Source of the DNA: a virus
Direction: 5' to 3' (one strand)
Virus record (IMG/VR): IMGVR_UViG_3300031788_000007
Location: 1 to 64,000 of that record
DNA: 64,000 bases
In this document: positions 49,790 to 60,500 of the stretch, piece by piece
How the letters are laid out: the number at the start of each line of letters is the position of its first letter
Numbering within the stretch: position 1 is the first letter of the stretch
Notes under the pieces: model-generated
What the model was told of the DNA's origin: nothing
The model's database searches: none
The model's input: only the letters and a program-made list of their open reading frames with translations
Translations under genes and position numbers: made by a program

Positions 49790-51496
49790 ATGGCTGTTGA
49801 CACACCTCAAATCTCGATAGACCCGTATCGCTCTCAGGTTCCCCTCGTCCAGATCCCTCAACAGGACTTGCAGGGACCGCCTCCGCAGGGAGCCATCTAC
49901 AGCAAGACTGGCGGGATTGCGACCATTGCCGATGGAGCAATGAAGGGGCTGTTGAAGGGCCTCCAAATGAAGGAGGAGAAGAAATACAAGACGGCCGAGG
50001 CGGTGATGAACGCCCAGGACGCTGGAATCTCAGCAGCAAAGAAGAACTACGAAGACCTCTTGACGACCGAAGGGGCGTGGACGGTCAGTAGTGATGGAGT
50101 GGCGAAGACGCCGAACTTGAAGACCCAGGCAGCTTATGCGGCCTGGCAGACGGCAGTGAACGCAGCCGCAGCGCAGCGGCAAGCATTCGCTGTTCCCGAG
50201 AAGACGGCGAAGCCGAAGAAGGGCGAGAAAAAAGACAAGACGGCAGCCGATGGAGCGCCGGCTGCGCCGGGGTTTGGCGGCGCCCTGAAGCAATTCTTCG
50301 AGAGGAACCCGCACGTCCTACCGGAACTGACAATCACAGCATGGAAGGCCGGTCAGAACACACCCTACGGGCAGATGTCGCCGGAAGCCTTACAGGCTCA
50401 GAGGCAGAACACCTCCGCTCAACGGCAGGATGCGACCGAGCAGATTCAACTTCAAGGAGCGCAGCGGACGGCGAACGCTCAGAAGGTCTACGACCAGTAT
50501 TCAGGGTTGAGTGCCGAGGAGTTGGCGAAACTGCCGAGGGAGACGCAGCAAGCCTTCCAAGCAGCCAAGAACGTCCTTGTTCCAATTCCAAGGGCGTCGT
50601 CTACAGAGCGTGAATACACATCTCCAGACGGAAAGCAGAGGGAGTGGTATATCCCAGGCACAGAACCGCAGGGGTGGAACGCTACGGCCAATCCAAGTTC
50701 GGGGACATTGAAGGTTGGGACGGAGCCGGAATTCACTTCTCAGGCATTGAAGGGGTACGGCTACACCGCTGACACTGCACCGCCTGCTTTGTTGAAGTAC
50801 CTGCATGACTCGTGGGCCTACAAAGCGGCGCAAACAACCTCTGGCACATCCGAGCACATGGAGACGGACCCGAAGACCGGGGAGTTGGTTGCGGTCAAGA
50901 CGGGCAGTTCGACGACTCGCGGGGCAGCGGCGCCAAAGCCGCCGGCCGGATTCTCTCCTCTCGGAGAGAATGGGCTACCACAAGAATCAGCCGCAGCGAA
51001 GCCAGCGGGGGACACCGCCTCATCGGCGGCCACGCCGAAGACTGGGAAGATGAGCAAGCCTCCAGCCGCGCCGGGCGCAGGAAAAGGAACGATGACGGCC
51101 GCTCCACTGCCGCCGGGAGTGCGTGACACCGGAATCAAATCACTAGCCGGAGTGCAGTTCGACGTTCACTCTGAGGAGTCAACGGCGAAGTCGTATGATA
51201 CGGCGACCCAAGCGTACAACAATCAAATCAACAAGAATCGGTCAAAGGCCGCGGACGCGAAGAGCTTGGAGGCATTGAACGCTACAGCCCGAGAGGACTA
51301 CGAGAAGGCGAAGGCGAGGATCATCATGTCTAGGGCTGCACACATCAAGACGACCGGCGGTGATCCGTGGAAGGTAGTGAAGCACGGCGGTAAGGATGTT
51401 CAATTTTCTCAAGGCCCAGATGGTGTTTACGGAACGATGGATGGAATAAATTGGGTGAACATCAATACGGGAATGCCGTATTCTGGACAGCAGTAA
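49790..51496 (+). CDS. internal virion/ejection protein
   Basis: A/Q/T/P-rich, between pilot and giant protein. Confidence 0.6.
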   Translation: MAVDTPQISIDPYRSQVPLVQIPQQDLQGPPPQGAIYSKTGGIATIADGAMKGLLKGLQMKEEKKYKTAEAVMNAQDAGISAAKKNYEDLLTTEGAWTVSSDGVAKTPNLKTQAAYAAWQTAVNAAAAQRQAFAVPEKTAKPKKGEKKDKTAADGAPAAPGFGGALKQFFERNPHVLPELTITAWKAGQNTPYGQMSPEALQAQRQNTSAQRQDATEQIQLQGAQRTANAQKVYDQYSGLSAEELAKLPRETQQAFQAAKNVLVPIPRASSTEREYTSPDGKQREWYIPGTEPQGWNATANPSSGTLKVGTEPEFTSQALKGYGYTADTAPPALLKYLHDSWAYKAAQTTSGTSEHMETDPKTGELVAVKTGSSTTRGAAAPKPPAGFSPLGENGLPQESAAAKPAGDTASSAATPKTGKMSKPPAAPGAGKGTMTAAPLPPGVRDTGIKSLAGVQFDVHSEESTAKSYDTATQAYNNQINKNRSKAADAKSLEALNATAREDYEKAKARIIMSRAAHIKTTGGDPWKVVKHGGKDVQFSQGPDGVYGTMDGINWVNINTGMPYSGQQ

Positions 51497-51516
51497 GTTG
51501 ATAGAGAGGGAGTCCA

Positions 51517-54500
51517 GTGGCAGTTCTCGACCAGACCGAGGCTCAAATTCCTGTCGGGTTGACCCCAATCCCACTCGGGCAAGCGCCATCTAGTGAGGCA
51601 AAAATCCCTGCCGGGCTTACTCCTATCCCACTCGGTAGTCAGCAATCGAGTCCAAATTTTGGAGTGAAGTCGCAGACTCAGGCGACTCACGCCGTTACCC
51701 CTCCAGTAGATGTAAAGAGTTCTATCCCTGCCGGATTGACGCCCATTCCTAAGGAAGATTCTCACGTTGACGCTTTCATGGCGGGAATCAGGAAGCCAGC
51801 GGCTCTCCGTCAGCAGGTCTACGACTACACAGTGGGGTCTGGTTATAACGCAGACCAAGGACGCCAGCGCCAGAATGAGTACGACTACGCCATCAAGAAC
51901 GGGATGAACCCACAGCGAGCGCAGGAGTTCGCCCTGGGGATGCAGTTCGAGGGCGGGACACCGAAGTACAATCTCACAGACCAAGAGAAGTCCGATCTCT
52001 ACGGGAAGGCGAAACAGGCCGCAGAGGGATTTAAGAGCGGCCAGCAGAAAACGATTGAAAGTCATTTCCTTGGAGAATCATTATTGCCGGGGGATGACGA
52101 AACATATCGTCAAAACATCGACCCCGACGAATACGCAAGAAACTATGTCAAGGGGTATACCTACGCTCGGTCTCAGGGATGGGATGAAGGGAAGGCGCAA
52201 GAGTACGCCACGTCTGATGCCGCATCGCAGTGGATGACTCGGGCTGGAGAGTGGATTGATCCGAAGTGGCACTCCGTCAAAAGCGCGATTCTCAACGTCA
52301 TTCCCGGCATCTCGAAGCCGGAGGAGAGAGCGGAGAACCCGTTCTTTGCGACGAATCAGGGGTATCGAGAGAATCAGTTCCACGTCTACCATGAGGCTGC
52401 TTGGCTGGATGAGCACGTAGGCAAGGTAGCTGGCAGCGTAGACGCTGGGCTCGGAAACGTGGTCAACGGCTTTTCTACTCCCGGCATGGCAGCATTGATG
52501 GTTGCCAGCGAAGGGCAGGGACTTCTTGCCCGTGGCGGTATAGGGGCGGCCGAAGAAGTCGAGACTGCGAATCTGGCTACACGTGCACTTGGAAGGGTGG
52601 CGCGGGCCGGGGGAAGACAACTTGGCCGGTCGGCAGCGGCAAGCGAGGAGATTGATTCAGCGCAGGCTCTCAGGGCGGCAGAGAACGCAGAAAAGGCCAT
52701 CCGAGCAATTCGTGACGCGAGACTTCCTGTGTCGGCACAGAAGGTGGCGAGAACGTTCAATAAACTCGTCACGGTAGGCTTTACGGCTCAGATGGCGCAA
52801 GGTTCCGCTGAACAACTGGAGCAGGCCGCTAAAACCGCGTTCCCCGGAGAAGGGAAGGACGGCGACAGTGCGCTGGCTGTCGAGTATGCGGTTGAGGGTC
52901 TTGTCAGCGGGTTGATGGCCGTGCAGGGTGGAAACCATCTTCGGCATGAGCATCTTCTCACGTCCGATCTCAACTCAAAGACCGCCGAGATGTACGGGCC
53001 GCAAAAGCTCTCGGATGTTGGCGGCTTACATGAGGGTCCGAGACAGAACGCCGCGACCAAATTTGGCGACCTCGACCCGTATCGACAGGCCGCAGTCATT
53101 CAGCGGTTGATTGAAGATGATCCGAAGTATAAAGCCGCAGAGGATGCAAGCGAGAAGGAGCAAAAGCGGCTTGCGAAGAAGATAGCCTACCGCTACAACA
53201 CAGCATTGCAGCAGGCGTGGAATCCCAACGCGGTAGATCGCATGGTGCGGGTGATTGACAACCATCGCGCAGCGAACGAATGGTACGGCGCAAGACAGAA
53301 GGCGGAGGATGAGGCTCGGAAGCACTACCTCGACCAGATCACGAAGCTCATTGACCTCCACAAGCAAGACAAAGCCGACGAAGAGGAACTTGTTAAGGCT
53401 GAGGCAGAGCGCCGGGCCGCGGCAAGGGAAGGCCGTCCGGTACGGAAGACTGTAGACGCGCAGAAGAGGGAAGAGAGTCGCAAGGTAACTCTGACGAACG
53501 CGGCGCAGATTGCCGAGCATCGGCAGGGGGTAGTAGATGCCCGCGATGTAGCGGATAAGGAAACGGCCGAGCAGGAGAGATCGGAGGCTCAGGACTCCAC
53601 CACGAACTCTCAAAAAGAATGGGACGATCGGTATGCTCGCGTCTACGGTATGCACGCCAGGAATAACCCTGATTGGTCTATGCCTCGTCTCCACGGTGAG
53701 ACGCTAGATATTGTCGGAGAAAGGCCCAAGGAGGATAAACAGGGAGAGTTACGCCACCCGGACGAGGTGACCGACGACCAAGGGTATGTGTCGTACCGTA
53801 GTCAGGTGTTTGGAGGGGAAGAGCACCACTTCGGCGTAGCTCAGACTCCAGACGGGAAGTGGGGAGTCTATCGGAAGACGCCGGATGGGATTGAATACCT
53901 GGGAGCCGGGGGAATCTTTGACGGCCAGCCGCAAGAAAGCTACCTTGCGCCCAATGAAGAGACGGCCAAGGCTCTCGCTCAGATCACTTCCCTTCGGGTC
54001 AATGCCGATTACGCTCTTGAGGAGCATGGAACCACGCCGGAGCGGGAAGCGGAACGGAAGCAACTCCGCGACTTAGAGCACAGTCTGGTAGATGGCACGA
54101 TCACGGGAGAGCAAGCACGCAAAGCCGCCGGACTGCCGGAGGAAGCGCAAGAAGCGCAGGCCAAGGAAAAGGCTAATCACGAGATCGAAGCCGCCAGAGC
54201 AGGAGCATTGAACGGTCCCCTTCACGGCAGAACGAAAGCTCAATACGAAGACGAGTTCCTTGCTGGGCTGGAAGAGGCGGGATGGGAGCCGGAGACGATC
54301 GAAGCGATGATCGACACCCTCCCTCTTCAACTTCGGATGGAGGCTGAGAACAATCTCCACTACGTCGGCCGTTCGGGAGACTGGATTGCCTCGAAGAAGG
54401 GTGTGACCTGGGTTCTCGACTCGAAGGGCATGTTGCAGCCGGACGATGGGATGAGTGCGCCGATCCCACTGATGAAGAATGGCCGCTACTCGACGCAGGC

Positions 54501-57500
54501 AATCGATCTGTCAATGTCGGGAAGGGTTGGATTCGGGCAGCGCAGTTGGGAAGACGCCAAAGTTGAAGAAGCGAAGGAGCGCGAAGCCAATCAGCAGTTG
54601 GAGAATCTTGTCGGAAACGTAGCCGATGAACTCCAGAGAGCCATTGAACTCTCGAAGCAGAACGCTGGCTTACAGATGGAAGCCGGGGAACTCCCTCTTG
54701 AGCGGCCGGCGCCGAAGCCGAGAAGCAGGTTCGCACCTCCAGTCGAAGGCCAAATGGCGGAATCTCCCGAGCGGGAGACTGACCGGGCCGTACAGGAAGG
54801 TCACGAGGCCATCCAAGCCGAGCAGAGGGCATTCGATGAAGCGTGGATTACCTTCATGGCCGAGGATCTGGCTGCGAACCATGAGACTCCGTGGCAGTTG
54901 ATTGAGAGGGTAGCCAAGAACAGCGGCATGACCCCGCAGGAAGTCTTGGCTCTCCAACTTGAGCGGTTGGCTCCTACAGACACCGTAGACGGCAGGATTC
55001 AACGGTTGAAGGCCGGGGACACCATCACCGACAAGATGGGCTTGCCGTGGGTGGTGAGGGCCGACAGGAACGGAACTCTGTATCTCCGTAAGGGGCAGGG
55101 AGCCAGAATCCACGTCAACAAGTTCAAGCCGTCAGACGACGTGCGGAGGATTGTTGGAACGGGAGAAGTTCAGCCGGCGCCAGGGCCGCGGTGGACTCCC
55201 GAAGACGTGCGGAAGGCCGCTTATGAACCTGCCTACATATCCCGCCGCAATGAAGTCATTGAAGAGGTGAAGCAAAGAGAGACGGGAGAGATTAAGGAGC
55301 ATCCACCGGCCACGCCAGAGGTTGCGGAGCGGCAAGCGGTGGCGGCAGAAGACCGTGAAACTCAGGTGAACGATGCGGCAGTAGCGGCAACCGCTGCGGC
55401 TGTTGATCCTCCACCAAAGGCGACCGACAAAGAGATCGACGAAGCCATTTCTAAGGCCGAGGAATTGCGGAAGGTTACCGAGGCCGCAGCGAGACAGGCG
55501 GCAGCCGCCAGAGGGCGCACAGCCGGGCCGGGAGAGTACCCACAGAAGGCGCCCATCACATCGAAGAGGGTTCCAGGGAGAGCATGGGCCGTAGGGCATG
55601 ACGGCTATATCCAGACGATCGCCAGCAAGATTCCCATGCACCGCGAACTCGTTAAATTGAATCAACTCACTCCATCCTTCAGATGGAACGGAAATATGCT
55701 AGAGAGGGTTACTGAGTATCCAGAGCAGATGCAGGATGTCCCCCCCGACGAAGCGACACGTTCACAACTTCTAGCAGATGCCCAGCCGGTCAGGTATGAC
55801 GTTGACCAATTTCTCGACCCAGGTTACGGCCCCGAGCGGGGACCGTCCATTGTGGACATTGGCGGCGATGTAGTTGGAGGGAACCGCCGCTTGCTCAGGA
55901 TGCTGAAGTACCTTGAGTTGATCCATGGAGACAAGGAAGCTCTTGCCGCGTTTCGAGCCAAGATGGCCGAATACGCCGGGAAGAACGGGATGGTGTACCC
56001 AGAGGGAGATGAAATCTACATCCCAGTTCGGATGCTTGACGAGCCGATAGGGACGATAGCCAAAGCGACTGAGTTAGGGCACTTATTCAACAAGAAGGCA
56101 TCTCATGGAATCGACGAAAACGCGAAGTCGATCACCTATGGACGGATGCTTTACGAAGCCCAGAGGACGGAAGAGGCACTAGGACGCAATGGAGTTCTGG
56201 ACCGTATAGCCGATGAGTTCAATAGAGCCGAGACGCCGCGAGATGCAATGGCTAACAAACCTGGATTCTTCGCCAATATAGTGCGAAATGAACTCGGGAT
56301 AGGCGGTGAAGATCAATCAGATTGGTTTAACAAAAACCCGAAGGGAGAATATGAGTTTCTGAGTACGAATGGTAAAGAGAAGCTAGAGAAAGCCCTGCTT
56401 GCCACCGTATTGAAGAATCCGTCTACGATCGACGCATTGGGAAGCTCGACGGCCTACGATTCGTTGCTGAAGTCGATTGGCCCTCTCACGCGCTTACGTG
56501 CCGTTCCAGACAAGGACATCATCAGTGTCATCGAAGAGGCAATTTCAGCCACGGCCACGACCGAGCGGAAAAGGGTTGATGGAGACTCCCCGAGGGTACG
56601 GTGGAATAAGACATTTGGAGAGCGAGAGTTTTTCTCGGACGAGAAGCCCCTCGATGAGCCGGGCCGGATGGTGGAAGCGATTTGGAGGGCATTGCATGAC
56701 CGGAAGACCACACGGTTCAAGAACGCTCTCAATGATTATTTGGTAGGCGAGGGAACCCAGCGTGGATTCTTTGACCCGGCAGAGCATGGATTGAAGACTC
56801 CCGCCGACCTTTTCAATGCGGCCTTCGAGGATGAACTGAAGGACGTGCGCGACTCTCGTGGACTGCAATTGGATGAGGCGAAGAGCGGGAAGTTCAAGGG
56901 CGATAACGCAAGTGGGATGAGAACATTCCTCGACACGCTTTCTTGGGAACTTACTCAGGATCAATTCGACGCTGCTCTTGAAAACCGCGACAATTACGGT
57001 GACGAATCGGTTGAGGATGCGAAGCGGTCAGAGGAAGGGAAGCCGCCACAGGAAGCGCCGAAGCCTGAAGGCGTGTCGAAGAAAATGTTCATCACGAAAC
57101 AAGATGAACGTGACCTGAAAGGACTCGGTTGGAAGCAAGAGCAGATCAATGCGATGAAGCCCGAAGAGGCGCAGGAGATTCTGTCTCTCGGGAAGCAAGC
57201 GCCGAAAGGGTTCAAGCCCCCAGAGCCCCCAGCGCCGAAGCCAGAAGCCGACCTCTCAGCGGCCAAAGCCGAGAAAGGCTACGTCACCCCCGACGAACTG
57301 GAGAAGTTCATCTCTGACCATCCGGCCACCGCAGATCATGCTCCTGAGATCATGCGTACCGCAAGGATGATGGCAGAGTATGTCTTCGATTCAGACCCAC
57401 CGGAGGGAGTGGAGAAGAAAGACGCTCTCGCCTGGGTGTTGGAGCAGCGCGTAGCAAAGTTGGCCTATGAGGAAAAGGGGAAGGGGAGAGGCTCCTACTC

Positions 57501-60500
57501 TGACCCCGAGATCGAGAAGGGCATTGGCACCCGCATTTTGAAGTTGACGAAGGCTTCAGATGAGACGACCTTCATCCATGAGTTCGCGCACGTCATCTTC
57601 CCGATGCTCTCTCAAGAGGACATGCGGGCCATCGACACGATCACCGGAGAGAAGGGTGAGCACTGGAAGCATGGCGACCCGCTCCGCGGCGAAGCCTACA
57701 AAACTGTCAGCGAGAAGTTTGCGCACGGGCTTGAGAAGTTCCTGCGGGACGAGAACCCGACCGGCTTTAGTGCTGAGGTGAAGAAGGTACTCGCCAAGGT
57801 CAAGGAGATGTTCCAAGCGGCCTATCTTCGGTTCCGTAGCGACCCGCTCTCGACGTTCAATCTGAGTGAGGACGCGAAGGAAGTCTTTGCGAATATGTTC
57901 CACATCGAAGACCTCGACCCCGCAGACGACTTCAGAAAGCAGCGAGAGGAAGCTCGCAAAGCAGACGCCAAGCAGAAGAAGGGCATGGTGAAGCCGGAAG
58001 CGGCTTTGCACCCAATTCAGCAGTTGGCGAAAGACCTGGGGCCGAAGCCAGTCCAAATTTTGGAGTCGATTGACGGATCGGTTGAGGATTCTTCAGGGGA
58101 GCGCGTGGACCCGTCGAAGCCGATGGCTGCATTCGTTTACGACGATGAAGAACATGCAGCGCAAGCCTATCTAAAAGCCGCAGAGGAAGGCTCTGGCGTG
58201 GCCGGCGTGGAGTTCGTGCAGACGAAGGACGGAAAGTACGCTGTCCGGTTCAACGTCAAGGCCAAGGTGCCAAAAGACATTCTCTATCAGGACGCGCAAG
58301 AGAAGCACCCCGGCCTGAGACTTGAGGACATGGAAGCGAAGTTGAAGACGACAACCTCGCCGATCCTGAAGAAGTTCCTTGAGACTCAGATTGGCAGGTT
58401 GAAAGCGGAGATCCGTAACGAGCCAAGGCCGCAGGTAGAACCCGGTTTGGCGAAGCAGGCAATCGCGGAGGTGAAACGTGGCACAGAAGGGCGAAAGACA
58501 GACACGGGACGAGCGGGGGTATCCGACTTACGAGGAGTACCTGATGGAAATCCTGGGGATGCAAAGCAAGCAGGAGTTGGACGACTTTCTCGGCCGCCCA
58601 TCATGGGGATGCCTGGACATGCAAGTGCCGGAGGTGCCGCCGATCGAAATAGACCCGGAGGAGGAAGTTCTCAGCCAGTTAACCTCGCAAACGTAACGCC
58701 GGTCAGACTCCAGCCGTTCGAGAGGGGGCGCGGAACACCAGTTGGCATCCTCGCCGGAGAGAAGTTTGACGAGAAGGTGTGGAGAGATGGCCTAAAGAGG
58801 GCTGGCCTTCCAGAGAACATGCCAGCGCCGACAGTGACGCTCTCCCCCGAGGTTGCTCGGACATTGAAGTATGCAGGACAGAAGCAGATCGTTCAGACCG
58901 TCCTATCAGCACTGGAGCAAGGAGACGGGGCTGTGATTGCATCTGTGGCGGGTTCCGGCAAGACATGGACGGAGATGGGTGTGGTTAAGGAAACGATCCT
59001 TCGGAACCCCGACGCCAAAGTTCTTGTCATCACCATGAATCGCGGATTGCTAGAAGAGGGCGACGATGCCGTTCGACAGGTAGCGAAGAACGGCTACGAT
59101 TTGAAGGTTGAAACCGACATCCTCGACAAACCTCCCGAGCCGGGTGTTTACGGGGCAACCTACCAGCGGTTGCTCAATAACTCCATCTACGCTCAAACGC
59201 AGTGGGACTTGGTGATCGCCGACGAGTCAGGAGCAGCGCGTAACTGGTACAGAGATGAAAACCAGCAGGGCAAACTCCTGAAGGCTGTGATGGACAACGC
59301 CAAGAAGGGTGTGTACGTCTCGGCGACTCCGTTCCATTCGCCTAACGAATACGGCTACGCCGAAAAGTTGAACTTGTGGCCGAAGGGAGGATTTGAAGAC
59401 TGGATCAAGAACAACTTTGCCCACGAGAAAATCGGCGACAAGGTGGTTGCGAAGCTCGACCCGGCAAAGCAGGCAAAACTACGTGAGCAGATGGTTGAGC
59501 GTGGGCAGTTCATCTCGCAGCAAATCTCCTACGATGGATTCTCTGTCCACTTCGGAGTGGTCCCTGTAACCGACGTGGTGGAACGGAAGCTAGACCGCAT
59601 CCATCAAGGAATTGCAGTTATGAAGAGGGAGTTGCTGAAGCAGGGCAAGAAGGGACTCTCTGAGCGGGTATCTGCTTTTGAGGCGACGTACACGAAAGCC
59701 TATCTTGAGCGGTCGAGACTGCCAGAGGCCATCGAAGTCGCAAAGAAAGCAAGAGCGCAGGGATGGCAGGTAGCCATATTCTCAGAAACCACATCTGAAG
59801 ACCTTTTCCGCCGGCCGGTTGGCCCGAAGGAGGAGCCGGGAACGTATCGTCTGTTAGACGAGGAAACCGGCGGCCAAATATCGCGCATCATGCCAGAGTT
59901 CCCGAACATTGCGGACGAACTCAAAGCCGAGTTTGGCGATGAGATGGGTGATTACAGCGGCGTTGGGAATACCGACGCGCAGCGCGAAGAGGCGAAGCAA
60001 GCCTTTTTGAAGGGGAAGAAGAAAGTTCTCTACACTTCATATGCCGCAGGAGGAATCGGCATCAACCTGCAAGACAAAGACGGAGATAAGCCAAGAATCT
60101 CCATCTTCCTTGGGCCGCCGTACTCTGGAATTCTACTCGAACAATCATTGGCGAGAACGTGGCGATTGGGAGTGAAGTCGAACGCGAGGGCGGTGTTCCT
60201 TGCGACAGACTCAGAGCCGGACATTCGTTTGATGGCTACAAAGATTGGGCCTCGCATGAGGGCGTTGAGCGCGGCGGTTCTAGGCGACCGTGATTCTTTG
60301 GCTTCGGTGATGACGAACTACACCGACGAAGAGAAGATGCGTGAACATCAGGACATGATGGCGTTCGACCAGGGCAACGAAGTGAAGGTTGACGCTCAGG
60401 GCTTCCAAGTGCGGAGCAAGCGGAAGGTCAATTTCGACAACTGGAGTTCGATCACCTTCCCGAACGCTGAAGAAGCCAAGAACAAAGGTATGCAGGTGGA

